Source: Candidatus Brocadia sp.
GTDB lineage: Bacteria > Planctomycetota > Brocadiia > Brocadiales > Brocadiaceae
Reading direction: 5' to 3'
Assembly (NCBI GenBank): GCA_021650915.1
Contig: CP091279.1
Span: 930,001 to 962,000 of the forward strand
DNA length: 32,000 bases
The notes beneath the pieces are model-generated. The model had not been told where the DNA came from. It saw nothing but the letters and a program-made list of their open reading frames with translations, and ran no database searches. The translations under genes and the position numbers were made by a program. Positions 1-9,834 of the stretch are shown piece after piece (positions within the stretch are counted from its first letter, which is position 1; every line of letters begins with the position of its first letter).

Positions 1-25
1 AATTTCTATACCACCGTACTGCATT

Positions 26-2497
26 TCACACTTCAAGCAATCCCACCCTTTTTGCCGTTATGCCGATCTTTTCTATAAAGGCATTGAAACGAAACGGTTT
101 TGTAATCACGGGCACATGACTTTTTTCCATAAACGTCCTGTATTCGGGCGACAAGGTATCCCCTGTCATCAGAATTATTTTATCCCTTATCACGGGTAAA
201 TAACTTACCATCCAGTCATAGAACTGAATTCCGGACATTTCGCCAGGCATTTTAAAATCCATAACAACGATATCAAACCGATCTTCCTGAATGGCCTGCA
301 TCGCATCTTTGATCGTGAATGCCGTGGTTACCTGGCAACCTTTCGCCGTCAGCAATTCATGACAGGACTCTGCAATTCCGACCTCGTCTTCTACCAGCAA
401 TAAACGTAATCCTTTTAAATCATAGTCTTTTCTGACCGGGAATTTCACTTCCTTGTCCGTTTGCGCCTTGATCGGAAGGGTGACCGTAAAAATAGCGCCT
501 TTTTGACTGTTCTTTCCGACAATCATTCCGCCATGCTCCTTGATAATGCCATAGCTGACTGCCAAACCCAAACCCGTTCCTTTACCAACCTCTTTCGTTG
601 TGTAAAAGGGGGTGAAGAGCTTTTCCGGCTCAAGGATACCAGGCCCAGTATCCTCAAACTCAGCCACAATCTTGTCGTTTTTTTGAAACGTACGGATTGT
701 CAGAACGCCTCTTCCCTGCGCGGCCTTCATGGAATCATAGGCATTATTAATAAGATTGATAAAGACCTGCATAAGCTGTACCCGATCAGCCATGGTGTTT
801 GGCAAGGCTGGGAAAAACGATTGCTCTACTTCAATATTATTGACCCTGAGGTCATTAATTTTTAATTCAAGGGCATCCTTCACAACGTCATTGATGCAAA
901 CATACTGCCCGCTTCTCACGTTTTTCCGCTTTGTGGCAAAGGTGAGGAGGTTTTCCACAATACGGGTGCAGCGCTGGGATGCATCAATAATATGACGCAG
1001 CCGGTTCGTTGCGCTCTTTGACAAATTGTCACACAGCAACATAAGTTCACTAAAGTTCAAAATAATCGACAACGGATTATTCAGTTCATGGGCAACCCCG
1101 GAAATCATCGTTCCCACGCTGCTCATCTTTTCTGCCTGAATAAGTTGTTCCTTCAATATCTTTTGCTCGGTAATATCGTAACCAAATAAATTGATATTCA
1201 AGATCGTATTCCACTCGTCTCTCAGATAGGTTACGATCCATAAGATATCCCGAACCTGCTGATTCCGGGAAGAAAAAGGTATTTCGATCTGCTCTCCTTT
1301 CTTTCCGCTCAGGAGCAACTGGATATCGTCAAATAACTCTTCTACCTTATCCTGAGGAATAAAAATATCAACCACCGGTTTGCCAAATATCTCAGGCAGC
1401 GTGAAGCCAAACCTCTTTTCGATAGCGCGATTTACAAAGACAATCTCCCCTTTCGAAGTTATGGTAACAACGTAGACATTCGTGTTTTGTATCAGGGCGT
1501 CGAGAAACTTCCTCTGATTGTACATCTCTTTCTCCGTTTCGCTCAACTTCAGCGTTTTTTCTTTTAACAATCCCTTCAGGCGCCCCTGATATTCATATAT
1601 CCTTTTTTCCAATGTCCTTCTCTCGGTTACATCACGGACAAATGCCCTTACCATGTAGTCGTTTAAGATACTATCATATTGTATGGAACACATAATTTCT
1701 GCATCTATCCGCTTGCCGCCCTTCGATAGTAAAGTCACGACCAAATTGTTGTCCATCCGCGAGTTCACCGAGGTATCATACTGTTTCTTAATCACGGATC
1801 CGTTCTCGTCGGCAACAAGATCAAACAGATACATCGCGGTCATTTCCTTTGCGCTGTATCCAAGCGCCTCCAATCCCAATTTGTTCACATGGAGAAACCG
1901 CCCCTGACTATTCAGTTTAAAAATGATCTCAGGCGCATTCTCAACCATGTCCCGGTACTTCTCCTCCGATGCAGTAAGGCTGTCCACGAGCATGACATTC
2001 ATCAGGGTAACGGTAATTTGTGCTGATACCTGGCCGATAAGGTTGCTGTGGGCTTCGGTAAAAGAGGCGCCGCTCTTACTGAGGACATTGATACATCCAA
2101 TCAAGGCGTTATTCATGAATAACGGATAAATCATATAGGAGGTGATGCCGCCACCACTCAGCAGGTGTTTGTCGCCTTCCCTTCCGTTTTTATCCAAACC
2201 ATTCCGTATAATGATGGTGTTCGATTTCGCCACTTCATGATAGAGATACTTCTCCACGAAGGTTTTCAACTCCGTGCTTCTCTGAAAATTATGGCTATTT
2301 TGCTCTACATTGAATACACAGGTATAGTATTCCCCGGAAGTTTCGGTTCTCGATATCAGACTAAAATAATCAAAGCTTATGATCTTTTTCAGCTCATGGC
2401 ATAACGCATTGCAAAAATCTTCGTAACTCATCCGCGAGAGCACCAGGCGGTTGATTGTAAGGATGGTTTCCCGTTCCAGCTCTGACTTTTTTACCAT
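26..2497 (-). CDS. hybrid sensor histidine kinase/response regulator (GAF/PAS sensory region, HisKA, HATPase_c, C-terminal receiver)
   Basis: 823-aa ORF. H-box SGVAHELNNPLSII. ATPase boxes INLINNAYDS, DTGPGI and GTGLGLAVS. C-terminal REC-like LLLVEDE...VVMDFKMPGEMSG...TKPF. Confidence 0.9.
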   Translation of the reverse strand: MVKKSELERETILTINRLVLSRMSYEDFCNALCHELKKIISFDYFSLISRTETSGEYYTCVFNVEQNSHNFQRSTELKTFVEKYLYHEVAKSNTIIIRNGLDKNGREGDKHLLSGGGITSYMIYPLFMNNALIGCINVLSKSGASFTEAHSNLIGQVSAQITVTLMNVMLVDSLTASEEKYRDMVENAPEIIFKLNSQGRFLHVNKLGLEALGYSAKEMTAMYLFDLVADENGSVIKKQYDTSVNSRMDNNLVVTLLSKGGKRIDAEIMCSIQYDSILNDYMVRAFVRDVTERRTLEKRIYEYQGRLKGLLKEKTLKLSETEKEMYNQRKFLDALIQNTNVYVVTITSKGEIVFVNRAIEKRFGFTLPEIFGKPVVDIFIPQDKVEELFDDIQLLLSGKKGEQIEIPFSSRNQQVRDILWIVTYLRDEWNTILNINLFGYDITEQKILKEQLIQAEKMSSVGTMISGVAHELNNPLSIILNFSELMLLCDNLSKSATNRLRHIIDASQRCTRIVENLLTFATKRKNVRSGQYVCINDVVKDALELKINDLRVNNIEVEQSFFPALPNTMADRVQLMQVFINLINNAYDSMKAAQGRGVLTIRTFQKNDKIVAEFEDTGPGILEPEKLFTPFYTTKEVGKGTGLGLAVSYGIIKEHGGMIVGKNSQKGAIFTVTLPIKAQTDKEVKFPVRKDYDLKGLRLLLVEDEVGIAESCHELLTAKGCQVTTAFTIKDAMQAIQEDRFDIVVMDFKMPGEMSGIQFYDWMVSYLPVIRDKIILMTGDTLSPEYRTFMEKSHVPVITKPFRFNAFIEKIGITAKRVGLLEV

Positions 2498-2664
2498 ACG
2501 CAGTGTTTGTTGAATAAGAATTATCTTTTTGACCGTGCAGTGTATAAAAGATTCTAACTGATTTTTATACCTCTACTCAATTGTATTTTCAATCAAAATA
2601 TCCTGGCGCAGCAAAGCCGCAACCAATTCCCCCTTGACAAAGTTACAACAAAACCCTTGTTTTA

Positions 2665-4434
2665 TTATTTCCTATTTATTGCAACCTTCCTATTACATTG
2701 TTCGTCGTATAACTGCCGGTAGAGGCCGTACGAATGTCGCAACAGTTCCTCATGGTTACCGGTTTCCACAATCTCTCCGTTATGAAAAACGACGATACTA
2801 TCCGCCGACTGGATTGTTGAAAGCCGGTGTGCAATAATGATCGTTGTTCTGCCTTTCATCAATCTCCTCAACGCTTCCTGGATCATGTTTTCTGCTTTCG
2901 AGTCCAGAGAGGAAGTCGCTTCATCCAATATTAAAATAGGTGCGTCTTTTAAAAAGGCTCGCGCCAGGGCAATTCGCTGTCTCTGGCCACCTGAAAGTTT
3001 TAGGCCGCCTTCACCGATTTCCGTCTCATAGCCTTTTGGCAGCTTGCAAATAAAATCATGCGCGTTGGCAGAAATAGCAGCAGCCTGAACTTCTTTATCA
3101 GAGGCGTTCTGCTTGCCAAACAGGATGTTCTCATAAACGGTACCGGAAAACAGGATGGGCTCCTGGGGTACGGTGGCTATATGTCTTCTCAAACAATCGA
3201 GCTTGAAGTCCTGCGTATCCCAGCCATCAATCGTGATCTTTCCAGAAGATACATCATAGAATCTTGGAATAAGTTTTACAAACGTAGATTTGCCGGCGCC
3301 GCTCGGCCCTACCAGTGCAACGGTGCAGCCAGCCGGTATATGCAAATTAATGTCCTTTAAGACGGTTTTTGACATTTCGTAACCAAAATAAACATGAGCA
3401 AACCTGATCTCACCCCTGATAAAGGCAAAATCTTTCACGGTAGCGCTGTCCGTAATCTCCGGAGAAGTGTTAAATACCTCAAAGATCCTTTCCATGGCTG
3501 ACTGGGAGTTTGCCAGAAGGATATTGAGCTCCGTCAGGCGGTTAAGGGGGTTATAAAACATGCCCAGATATGCATAAAATGCAGCCAGCTCTCCCACCGT
3601 TAGACGGCCATAAATCACCTGCATCGCCCCAAACCAGACCACAAGAACCGGCGCAACAGAAGTTAAATAGCCAATGATCGATTGGGCCGTTGCGTGGTGC
3701 CGGATATGGTTCAACTGATAGAATAAATATTCCCGGTTATCCTGGAAAAAGTGCTTTTCTTCCGCCTTCTCGCGGGTATACGACTGAATCGTGGAAATAC
3801 CGCCAAGCTTCTCATGAACATTCCCGGAAATCTCTTCCATCTTCTGATGCGCGAGCTTACTGGTTTTTTTCATTTTAGCCTTAAAATACTTGTTTAACAT
3901 CACGTAAAAAGGAAGAATGGAGATCGAAACCAACGCTAACCGCCAGTTCATGCGGAAAAGAAGAAAGGCAATTAAAAAGAGAGCGCTTGCATCCATGACC
4001 GTATTGGTAAAAGCAGCGCCAACGAAATTATGGGCAACTGCAATATCTCCCAGAAGACGCGACGCAACAGAACCTACCTGGCGTTTTTCATAGAAATTCA
4101 ACGACATCCGCTGAAGGTGAACGTACAACTCATTCCTCAGGTCAAATACAAGCCGCTGACCGGCCTGATCGGCATAATAGGAGCGAAAATACGTAACCAC
4201 CGCCCAAACGAAATAAAGCCCGATCATAACGAGCATGGTGGTATGCAATTTCGATGCGTCATACGAGGACGGTGCCAACAAATGATCAATTACGTCTTTA
4301 AAAATCCACGGGAATATTAATGGAATGTTGTATTTTAAGAGTCCACATACGGTAGCTACCATGATCACCCGACGATAGGGTTTTACGTAATGCAGAAACT
4401 TTTTAATTGCAGGATGAAAAAAACCTTTTGTCAC
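2665..4434 (-). CDS. ABC transporter, fused permease/ATP-binding protein (MsbA-like exporter family)
   Basis: 589-aa ORF. N-terminal half is multi-TM. Walker A GPSGAGKST, ABC signature LSGGQRQR, Walker B ILILDEATS, H-loop IIIAHRLST. Confidence 0.9.
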   Translation of the reverse strand: MTKGFFHPAIKKFLHYVKPYRRVIMVATVCGLLKYNIPLIFPWIFKDVIDHLLAPSSYDASKLHTTMLVMIGLYFVWAVVTYFRSYYADQAGQRLVFDLRNELYVHLQRMSLNFYEKRQVGSVASRLLGDIAVAHNFVGAAFTNTVMDASALFLIAFLLFRMNWRLALVSISILPFYVMLNKYFKAKMKKTSKLAHQKMEEISGNVHEKLGGISTIQSYTREKAEEKHFFQDNREYLFYQLNHIRHHATAQSIIGYLTSVAPVLVVWFGAMQVIYGRLTVGELAAFYAYLGMFYNPLNRLTELNILLANSQSAMERIFEVFNTSPEITDSATVKDFAFIRGEIRFAHVYFGYEMSKTVLKDINLHIPAGCTVALVGPSGAGKSTFVKLIPRFYDVSSGKITIDGWDTQDFKLDCLRRHIATVPQEPILFSGTVYENILFGKQNASDKEVQAAAISANAHDFICKLPKGYETEIGEGGLKLSGGQRQRIALARAFLKDAPILILDEATSSLDSKAENMIQEALRRLMKGRTTIIIAHRLSTIQSADSIVVFHNGEIVETGNHEELLRHSYGLYRQLYDEQCNRKVAINRK

Positions 4435-4450
4435 GACTTTGATTCCATTT

Positions 4451-4681
4451 GTTAAAATTTAATCAGGCTGACTTCGGCGACCTTCTCACTGTAGCGCGAT
4501 GAGGCTCGTCGCTTTACAAGCGCAACTTTGAAATTCCTATACATTGAATTAGGCCTTCGATGAATTTTTATGATACGGTTATACCCACCCCTGAATCCCC
4601 TCCCAGGAGGGGACTTCTTTCGTCCCCTCTTGAGAGGTGGGTGTGTAAGGCAGAAGTAAAAAGTTTGAAATGCTTATACAT
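4451..4681. repeat. modular hairpin repeat, family 2 (palindrome GTAGCGCGATGAGGCTCGTCGCTTTAC; core ACCCACCCCTGAATCCCCTCCCAGGAGGGGACTTC...GAGAGGTGGGTGTG; flanking TTTGAAATTCCTATACAT modules)
   Basis: Related copies at 18641-18977 and 25216-25489. Boundaries approximate. Confidence 0.6.
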
Positions 4682-4960
4682 AACTCCTGGGACGGCTACG
4701 CCGCAATCAAATCCCCTTTCGTAATGGGAGAAGGGGGTTGTAAAAAAATTTATTTAAACGCGTTTGTACTGGGCAATACTATGAAAGGAGGCATTCTTCA
4801 GCAGATTCAAAGGACTGTTTTCATGGCAGGTGGTTTAATGACAATAGGGTGTGGTACCTTGGATAGAGCCAAAATGTCAAATCTGAATCTTATATGCCAA
4901 AATGTTTCAAGCAAAGAAATTTTGGCAAAGGTTGTTGTGCGGCAATCGAAAAAAAACTCC

Positions 4961-5995
4961 CTAAATCTTTAATATAATCTTTCCGAAATTTTCCCTGTTT
5001 AACATCCTCTGCTGGGCGGCTGCGGCTTCCTGCAAGGGGAAGGTACTGTCGATAACGGGTCTCAGCCTTCCCAATTCCACCAGACTCAATACGTCCAGCA
5101 GTTCCTTTTTACTGCCCATATAACAGCCAATGATCGCATGCTGTTTCATGAATAAAAACCGGAGTTCCACCGTTGCCTGCGGTCCGCTTGTCGCCCCGCA
5201 TACCACCATGCGCCCACCCTTGGTAAGGCACTGCAGATTCTTTTCCCAGGTATCAGGCCCGATATGCTCGAAGATAAGATCCACCCCTTTGTTCCCGGTA
5301 ATATCCTTAACCCGGTCTGCATAATTCTCTTTCGAATAGTCGATAACTTCGTCTGCACCCAACTGTTTCGCCTTTTCCAATTTTTCCTTTCCGCGGGCGG
5401 TCGTAATCACCCGGGCACCCGCCAAACGGGCAATCTGGATAGCGGCGCTCCCGATACCGCTGCCAGCCGCATGGATCAGGACATGCTCTCCCGCTTTTAG
5501 TTGTCCCCGGGTAATGAGCATATGCCACGCCGTTATAAACACCAAAGGGACGGCTGCCCATTCCTCAAATGACCGCTTCCGGGAAACGGGAATGATGTTG
5601 TCTACGTGCGCCTTCACAAACTCTGCATATCCCCCCTGCACCTGAAACCCCATAATCTTGAAGCTATTGCACATGCTGTCGCCGTTCGTAATACAGGGGA
5701 CACACTTCCTGCAGCGAACGCCAGGGGCGATGATGACCGGGTCGCCAGGCCTGAAAGTCTTTACTTCCATCCCCACCTCGGCCACTTCGCCGGCGCTGTC
5801 ACTCCCCAGGATATGCGGCATAGGAACCTCTACACCAGGCAATCCCTGCCTTACCCAGATATCCAGATGATTCAGTGCACACGCCTTTACCTTTACCAGC
5901 ACTTCATAGGGAGAAATCTTCGGCTTCTCCATATCTGCATAGGTTAATTTCTCTATTCCGCCATGCTCATAAAAAACCATCGCCTTCATGATCAC
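4961..5995 (-). CDS. zinc-binding alcohol dehydrogenase / quinone oxidoreductase family (MDR superfamily) protein
   Basis: 344-aa ORF. GroES-like N-terminus with HILGSDSAGEV. Rossmann motif HAAGSGIGSAAIQ. Cys cluster CRKCVPC...C typical of the structural Zn site. Confidence 0.85.
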   Translation of the reverse strand: MIMKAMVFYEHGGIEKLTYADMEKPKISPYEVLVKVKACALNHLDIWVRQGLPGVEVPMPHILGSDSAGEVAEVGMEVKTFRPGDPVIIAPGVRCRKCVPCITNGDSMCNSFKIMGFQVQGGYAEFVKAHVDNIIPVSRKRSFEEWAAVPLVFITAWHMLITRGQLKAGEHVLIHAAGSGIGSAAIQIARLAGARVITTARGKEKLEKAKQLGADEVIDYSKENYADRVKDITGNKGVDLIFEHIGPDTWEKNLQCLTKGGRMVVCGATSGPQATVELRFLFMKQHAIIGCYMGSKKELLDVLSLVELGRLRPVIDSTFPLQEAAAAQQRMLNRENFGKIILKI

Positions 5996-6374
5996 TTCCT
6001 TTATTTATACGATTGAGTAAATTGGCTCATATATCCACGGCCCGGCGCCGCTCTTTTTTTCGTTTCCCAACCCCCTTTGCCTTGATCAGCATAGAATCAA
6101 TATCTGTCGATTATATTAAGTAATTGCCAAAACAATGTCAATTATTAATTGTGTAATAGATGTGCTCCTCCTTTCGCTAACGCAGGACAGACTTCATCCA
6201 ACCTGCATTTTCACAATTATGATGCGGCATCACACAATACCGGGTGGCTAATCGGGTGGTTTAAGGCGATGGTCTTGTATCGTCGCATCCACCTTTCTCT
6301 CCGTTGTACATTTGTAATTTTATTTCGGTGGATTCGCTTCGTTTTATCCATCCTCCAATACATTTCCGTGCATA

Positions 6375-6603
6375 TCATAGCGCAGCAAGGCCGCAACCAA
6401 TTCTCCGTTGTGAAAGCGGGGAGATTGCTTCGGAAAAGGCCCCTCGCAATGACAGCGACCATGCACTTTGATGATACACTGCACGTTGTCATTGCGAGCG
6501 AAGCGAAGCAATCTTTCACTCATAAAAAACGGTACCTCCTGAAAGGGGTTTGTGAAAAAACTTACAAAAGAAAGAAGCTTTTACACAGTAATATTATATA
6601 AAC
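6375..6603 (+). repeat. ~230-bp hairpin repeat, family 1 (TCATAGCGCAGCAAGGCCGCAACC...GAGATTGCTTCGG...CTCGCAATGACA...TGTCATTGCGAGCGAAGCGAAGCAATC...TTTTACACAGTAATATTATA)
   Basis: Four near-full copies in the same orientation: 6375-6603, 8651-8880, 17141-17366 and 30953-31172. Long imperfect internal inverted repeat. Confidence 0.75.
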
Positions 6604-7205
6604 CAAAGATGTTTGGCTCTTTTTCCCCTACGGTGCGGAGTTGTCATTATACCATTCCACCCTGTCCAGATACTCTTCTTTGTCTCCGCGGTAATATCGC
6701 GTCTTAGTCCCTGCACGGCAGGCATATTCCCGGTCTGCCTCGTCCGGCAGGCGCGGGTCTGCCCATTCTGCATAGCGTTTTGCATCTTCCCAACTTACCC
6801 CCCACCACCGGTTGCCTGGGTTGGTTAAATTTGCGCTCTGCCCAGTATCTTGGCTCCTCTATCTTAGGATTATCCTTGAGAAACCTTCCATACTCCTCGT
6901 TGGTCGCCGGATAACGGCCAAGGTAAAAGTCTGGCGCTTGAATTTCATGTAAAAGCCATTCATATTTGAACCGCCCGGATTCCTGCTCTGGTGTTCCCAT
7001 GAGAAACACACCGCCTGGGATTTTCACGAGTTCGTATCCGCCCGGTTCTGACACAAAAAACATCCTGATCGGCCTGCCTTATGCGCGTTTTCACCCATTT
7101 CTGAACATCTTGTGACGGGTGTTTATTGAGTTGTGCCTTCAGGGCATGAATCGCCTCCGGATCAAGCCGTTCCACAATGCGCAAGGCCACGAGCTGGCGT
7201 GCCCA
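6600..7205 (-). pseudogene. decayed HEAT-like + FGE-sulfatase (SUMF1/EgtB/PvdO-type) domain gene, frameshifted and 3'-truncated
   Basis: FGE-type sequence YELVKIPGGVFLMGT...YLGRYPATNEEY...PVVG continues in another frame as VSWEDAKRYAEWADPRLPDEADREYACRAG after a C6/G6 run at 6798-6803. A second shift lies at the A6/T6 run 7055-7060 and a third near 6640. The ORF ends where repeat family 1 begins (~6603). Confidence 0.65.
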
Positions 7206-7670
7206 CTATTTTCGTGCAAGCATGGCCAGGATGGCCTTTTTACAGTCTATGAGATTGGAAAGGGTCAGACCAAAGATGCGTTGTCCAAAATTGGGGACCC
7301 ATGCCCGCAGGGACAAGCGGCAGCGCCGTTTCCCTCCTTCTGGTGCATGCGATGGATAGACCGCCACGTCGTACCCCGATGCCTCCCTGAGGATATCTTC
7401 ATGTGTCTGCTGCCAGACCTGTTCATCAAGCTCCAAATCCAGTCCGAACCGGATGAAGTGTTCACCCAGCGGCGCTTCGCAGTACAATCTGTCTACCTCC
7501 GGGTTATCCCTGAACTTCACGAGAAATACCCCATTCCAGTTACCATCAAAGGGAAAATCCTCTGATTCGAGCTTGAAATCATGTTTTGCGCAGGCAAAAT
7601 CCAGTATCTGATCTCTGACGGCCTCTACATCAGAACGATCCGGCCTTCTCTTTTCCTTCATAAGATCCAT
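7206..7670 (-). CDS. hypothetical protein (154 aa)
   Basis: ORF only; no motif recognised. Its TAG stop (7206-7208) is in frame with the HEAT-like ORF that follows, so it may be the N-terminal part of the same decayed gene. Confidence 0.45.
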   Translation of the reverse strand: MDLMKEKRRPDRSDVEAVRDQILDFACAKHDFKLESEDFPFDGNWNGVFLVKFRDNPEVDRLYCEAPLGEHFIRFGLDLELDEQVWQQTHEDILREASGYDVAVYPSHAPEGGKRRCRLSLRAWVPNFGQRIFGLTLSNLIDCKKAILAMLARK

Positions 7671-7919
7671 CTCCTTTCATATTATTTTTACTCTGTCCAT
7701 AAGCATATTTTTTTGTGCATTATATCCCAAACACGGGAAAGCCGCAATAATTTACCTGCATTTCAGAAAAGGCAGTTAATTTTATGATAGACGTTCCGGA
7801 CAAAATACCTTATAAATAGAGCCGCTGAAATGCCTCATCAGGCGGTTGTGCGACCTTAGCCTGCGCGGACTGAAGTCCTCGCCAATGAGGTTTGAAATTC
7901 TTTGATATCACAAAAGGGC

Positions 7920-8603
7920 ATGGGAAGTATGGAAAAGACCTTAACACGCGAAGAGATGCGGGAGTTGGATAGAAAGGCCATTGAAGAATACAAGATTCCC
8001 GGCATTATCCTCATGGAAAATGCCGGAAGGAACGTGGCTGAAGAGGTGCTGAAGATGATCGGCAGCCATCGGCAGGCAAACGTTGCCGTCCTGTGCGGGA
8101 AAGGGAATAACGGTGGAGATGGCTTTGTTATCGCGCGACACCTTCATAACCATTGCATTCCCGCACCTGTCTTTCTCGTTGCAAAGATCCCGGATACTGT
8201 GTTGGATGGGGATGCGGGCACAAACCTGCGCATACTCCTCCGCATGAAAATCCCGGTAAGAGAAGTCCTTCATACCTCCGAAGTAAACGAGATTTTAAAG
8301 GCATTGCACGGTTACGACATTATCGTCGATGCATTGTTTGGAACGGGACTTTCCGGTGAGGTGCGGGAACCATTTAAAACCCTTATTGATGGCGTGAACA
8401 CCCTTAACAAGCCCCGGGTATCGGTGGATATTCCATCGGGGCTTGACTGCAATACCGGCAGGGTATTAGGGAGTGCAATTCGGGCGCATAAAACGGTAAC
8501 CTTTGCGGCAAGCAAGCGGGGTTTTTATCTGGAAAGCGGGCCAGCGCACACAGGGGAGATTATCGTAACGGGTATCAGCATCCCAAGAGAAATACTACCA
8601 TAA
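7920..8603 (+). CDS. nnrE: NAD(P)H-hydrate epimerase (YjeF N-terminal domain protein)
   Basis: IPGIILMENAGRNVAEEV and VLCGKGNNGGDGFVIARHL are typical YjeF_N motifs. The ORF opens at a TTG at 7902; ATG at 7920 or 7929 is the more likely start. Confidence 0.85.
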   Translation: MGSMEKTLTREEMRELDRKAIEEYKIPGIILMENAGRNVAEEVLKMIGSHRQANVAVLCGKGNNGGDGFVIARHLHNHCIPAPVFLVAKIPDTVLDGDAGTNLRILLRMKIPVREVLHTSEVNEILKALHGYDIIVDALFGTGLSGEVREPFKTLIDGVNTLNKPRVSVDIPSGLDCNTGRVLGSAIRAHKTVTFAASKRGFYLESGPAHTGEIIVTGISIPREILP

Positions 8604-8650
8604 TAACGCAGCAGGCTGCTGCCAACTCTTTCCGGGCAAGGGGGAAACAG

Positions 8651-8880
8651 CATAGCGCGGCGCTGCCGCAACCAATTCCCTGTTGTGAAAACGGGAGATT
8701 GCTTCGGACAAGACCCTCGCAATGACACGGGCTATGTCTTTGATGACATATGGTACGTTGTCATTGCGAGCGAAGCAATCCTTCTCTTATAAACAAACGG
8801 TACCTTCTGGTAAGGGGTAAATAGGGTTGCGAAAAAACTTGCAAAAAAAGAAAAATTTTATACGGTAATATTATAAATAT
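8651..8880 (+). repeat. family 1 hairpin repeat copy
   Basis: Aligns by eye with 6375-6603, 17141-17366 and 30953-31172. Lies between the convergent 3' ends of nnrE and the GGDEF gene. Confidence 0.75.
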
Positions 8881-8928
8881 TCGGGGAAAACCTACGTGAA
8901 ACATTTGTCTGCATGGGTATGGTTGCAG

Positions 8929-9834
8929 TTATACAGATATGCAATTCTTGCCGGAAGACTTCCCCTGGGACATCAAGTGGTTTAATCTTTTTAGTAAAGC
9001 ATCCACCGTATCACTTGACTGTGCAACCGTGCCTGATACAGAAACGGTTACGCGAATAGCGTCAGTCCCCACGAAAAAACCTGATTGCTCAATAAGGGCG
9101 TGTATCTTATTTGCAATGATACGCAAATGATTTTCCGTGACATTCATGGCAATGACCATAAATTCGTCACCGCCCCACCGGCCCACCATATCCGACGCCC
9201 GTACACTATTCAACAGCGTCTTCGTCACCATCTTTACGACTGCGTCCCCCGTCTTCGGGCCATGCAAATCATTTATCCTTTTTAATCCATCGATATCGAC
9301 CAAAAAAATCCCGTATGACCAGCCGTACCTCTGCATAACACTGAACATCGTCCGCAGATTCATTTCCAGCCCTCGCCTCTTCATCAGTCCGGTTTGAGGA
9401 TCAAGCAAGGCGCGCTTTTCCAGTTCTTCTGTCTTGTGCACATACTCTGCCTTTGAAGAATTATCATGGAGTTCTTCGATAGCGCCAATAACCTGGCCTT
9501 CTAAATTTTTCAAGGGCAAGATGCGGACTAAGACCGGCACACGATAGCCATCCTTGTGATGAGCATACACCTCCATACTCCGCGGTGCACCATCAGCCAT
9601 CGCTCCGAGCGCCATGCATTCGTTCTCACAGACGCCCTTTCCCTGCTCATCGACATACATCAGGATATCATCTCTGCAACACTTCCCCACGGTTTCAGAA
9701 TGCATATATCCGGTAAGAGTCGTCGTGTTTTTATTCCAATAGGTAATTACCCTGTCCCGGTTAATAGCGCAAATTCCGCCCGACAAACTATCCAGTAAGT
9801 TTTTGTGTATATCACTTTCTGCTATCATTGCCAT
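8929..9834 (-). CDS. PAS domain-containing diguanylate cyclase (GGDEF)
   Basis: 301-aa ORF. N-terminal PAS-like segment with several Cys. C-terminal GGDEF domain: DIDGLKRINDLHG and the RWGGDEFMVIA active-site motif. Confidence 0.9.
   Translation of the reverse strand: MAMIAESDIHKNLLDSLSGGICAINRDRVITYWNKNTTTLTGYMHSETVGKCCRDDILMYVDEQGKGVCENECMALGAMADGAPRSMEVYAHHKDGYRVPVLVRILPLKNLEGQVIGAIEELHDNSSKAEYVHKTEELEKRALLDPQTGLMKRRGLEMNLRTMFSVMQRYGWSYGIFLVDIDGLKRINDLHGPKTGDAVVKMVTKTLLNSVRASDMVGRWGGDEFMVIAMNVTENHLRIIANKIHALIEQSGFFVGTDAIRVTVSVSGTVAQSSDTVDALLKRLNHLMSQGKSSGKNCISV

Noticed and set aside
6149-6601. ORFs across repeat elements (6149-6601, 6217-6519, 8525-8728, 17100-17321, 18736-18927, 30650-30913, 4670-4972)
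   Set aside because: Their sequences (for example VIASEAKQS, PLNPLPGGDF, VGWMKRSAS) are read-through of palindromic intergenic repeats present in several copies. There is no independent coding evidence.
8820-8880. A-rich tail of the family 1 repeat (TTGCAAAAAAAGAAAAATTTTATACGGTAATATTATAAAT) as an outward-facing sigma70 promoter
   Set aside because: Spacing between the TTGCAA and TAATAT/TATAAT-like hexamers is 21-22 nt in the copies checked. The downstream gene orientation is also inconsistent: only two of five tails face a plus-strand gene.
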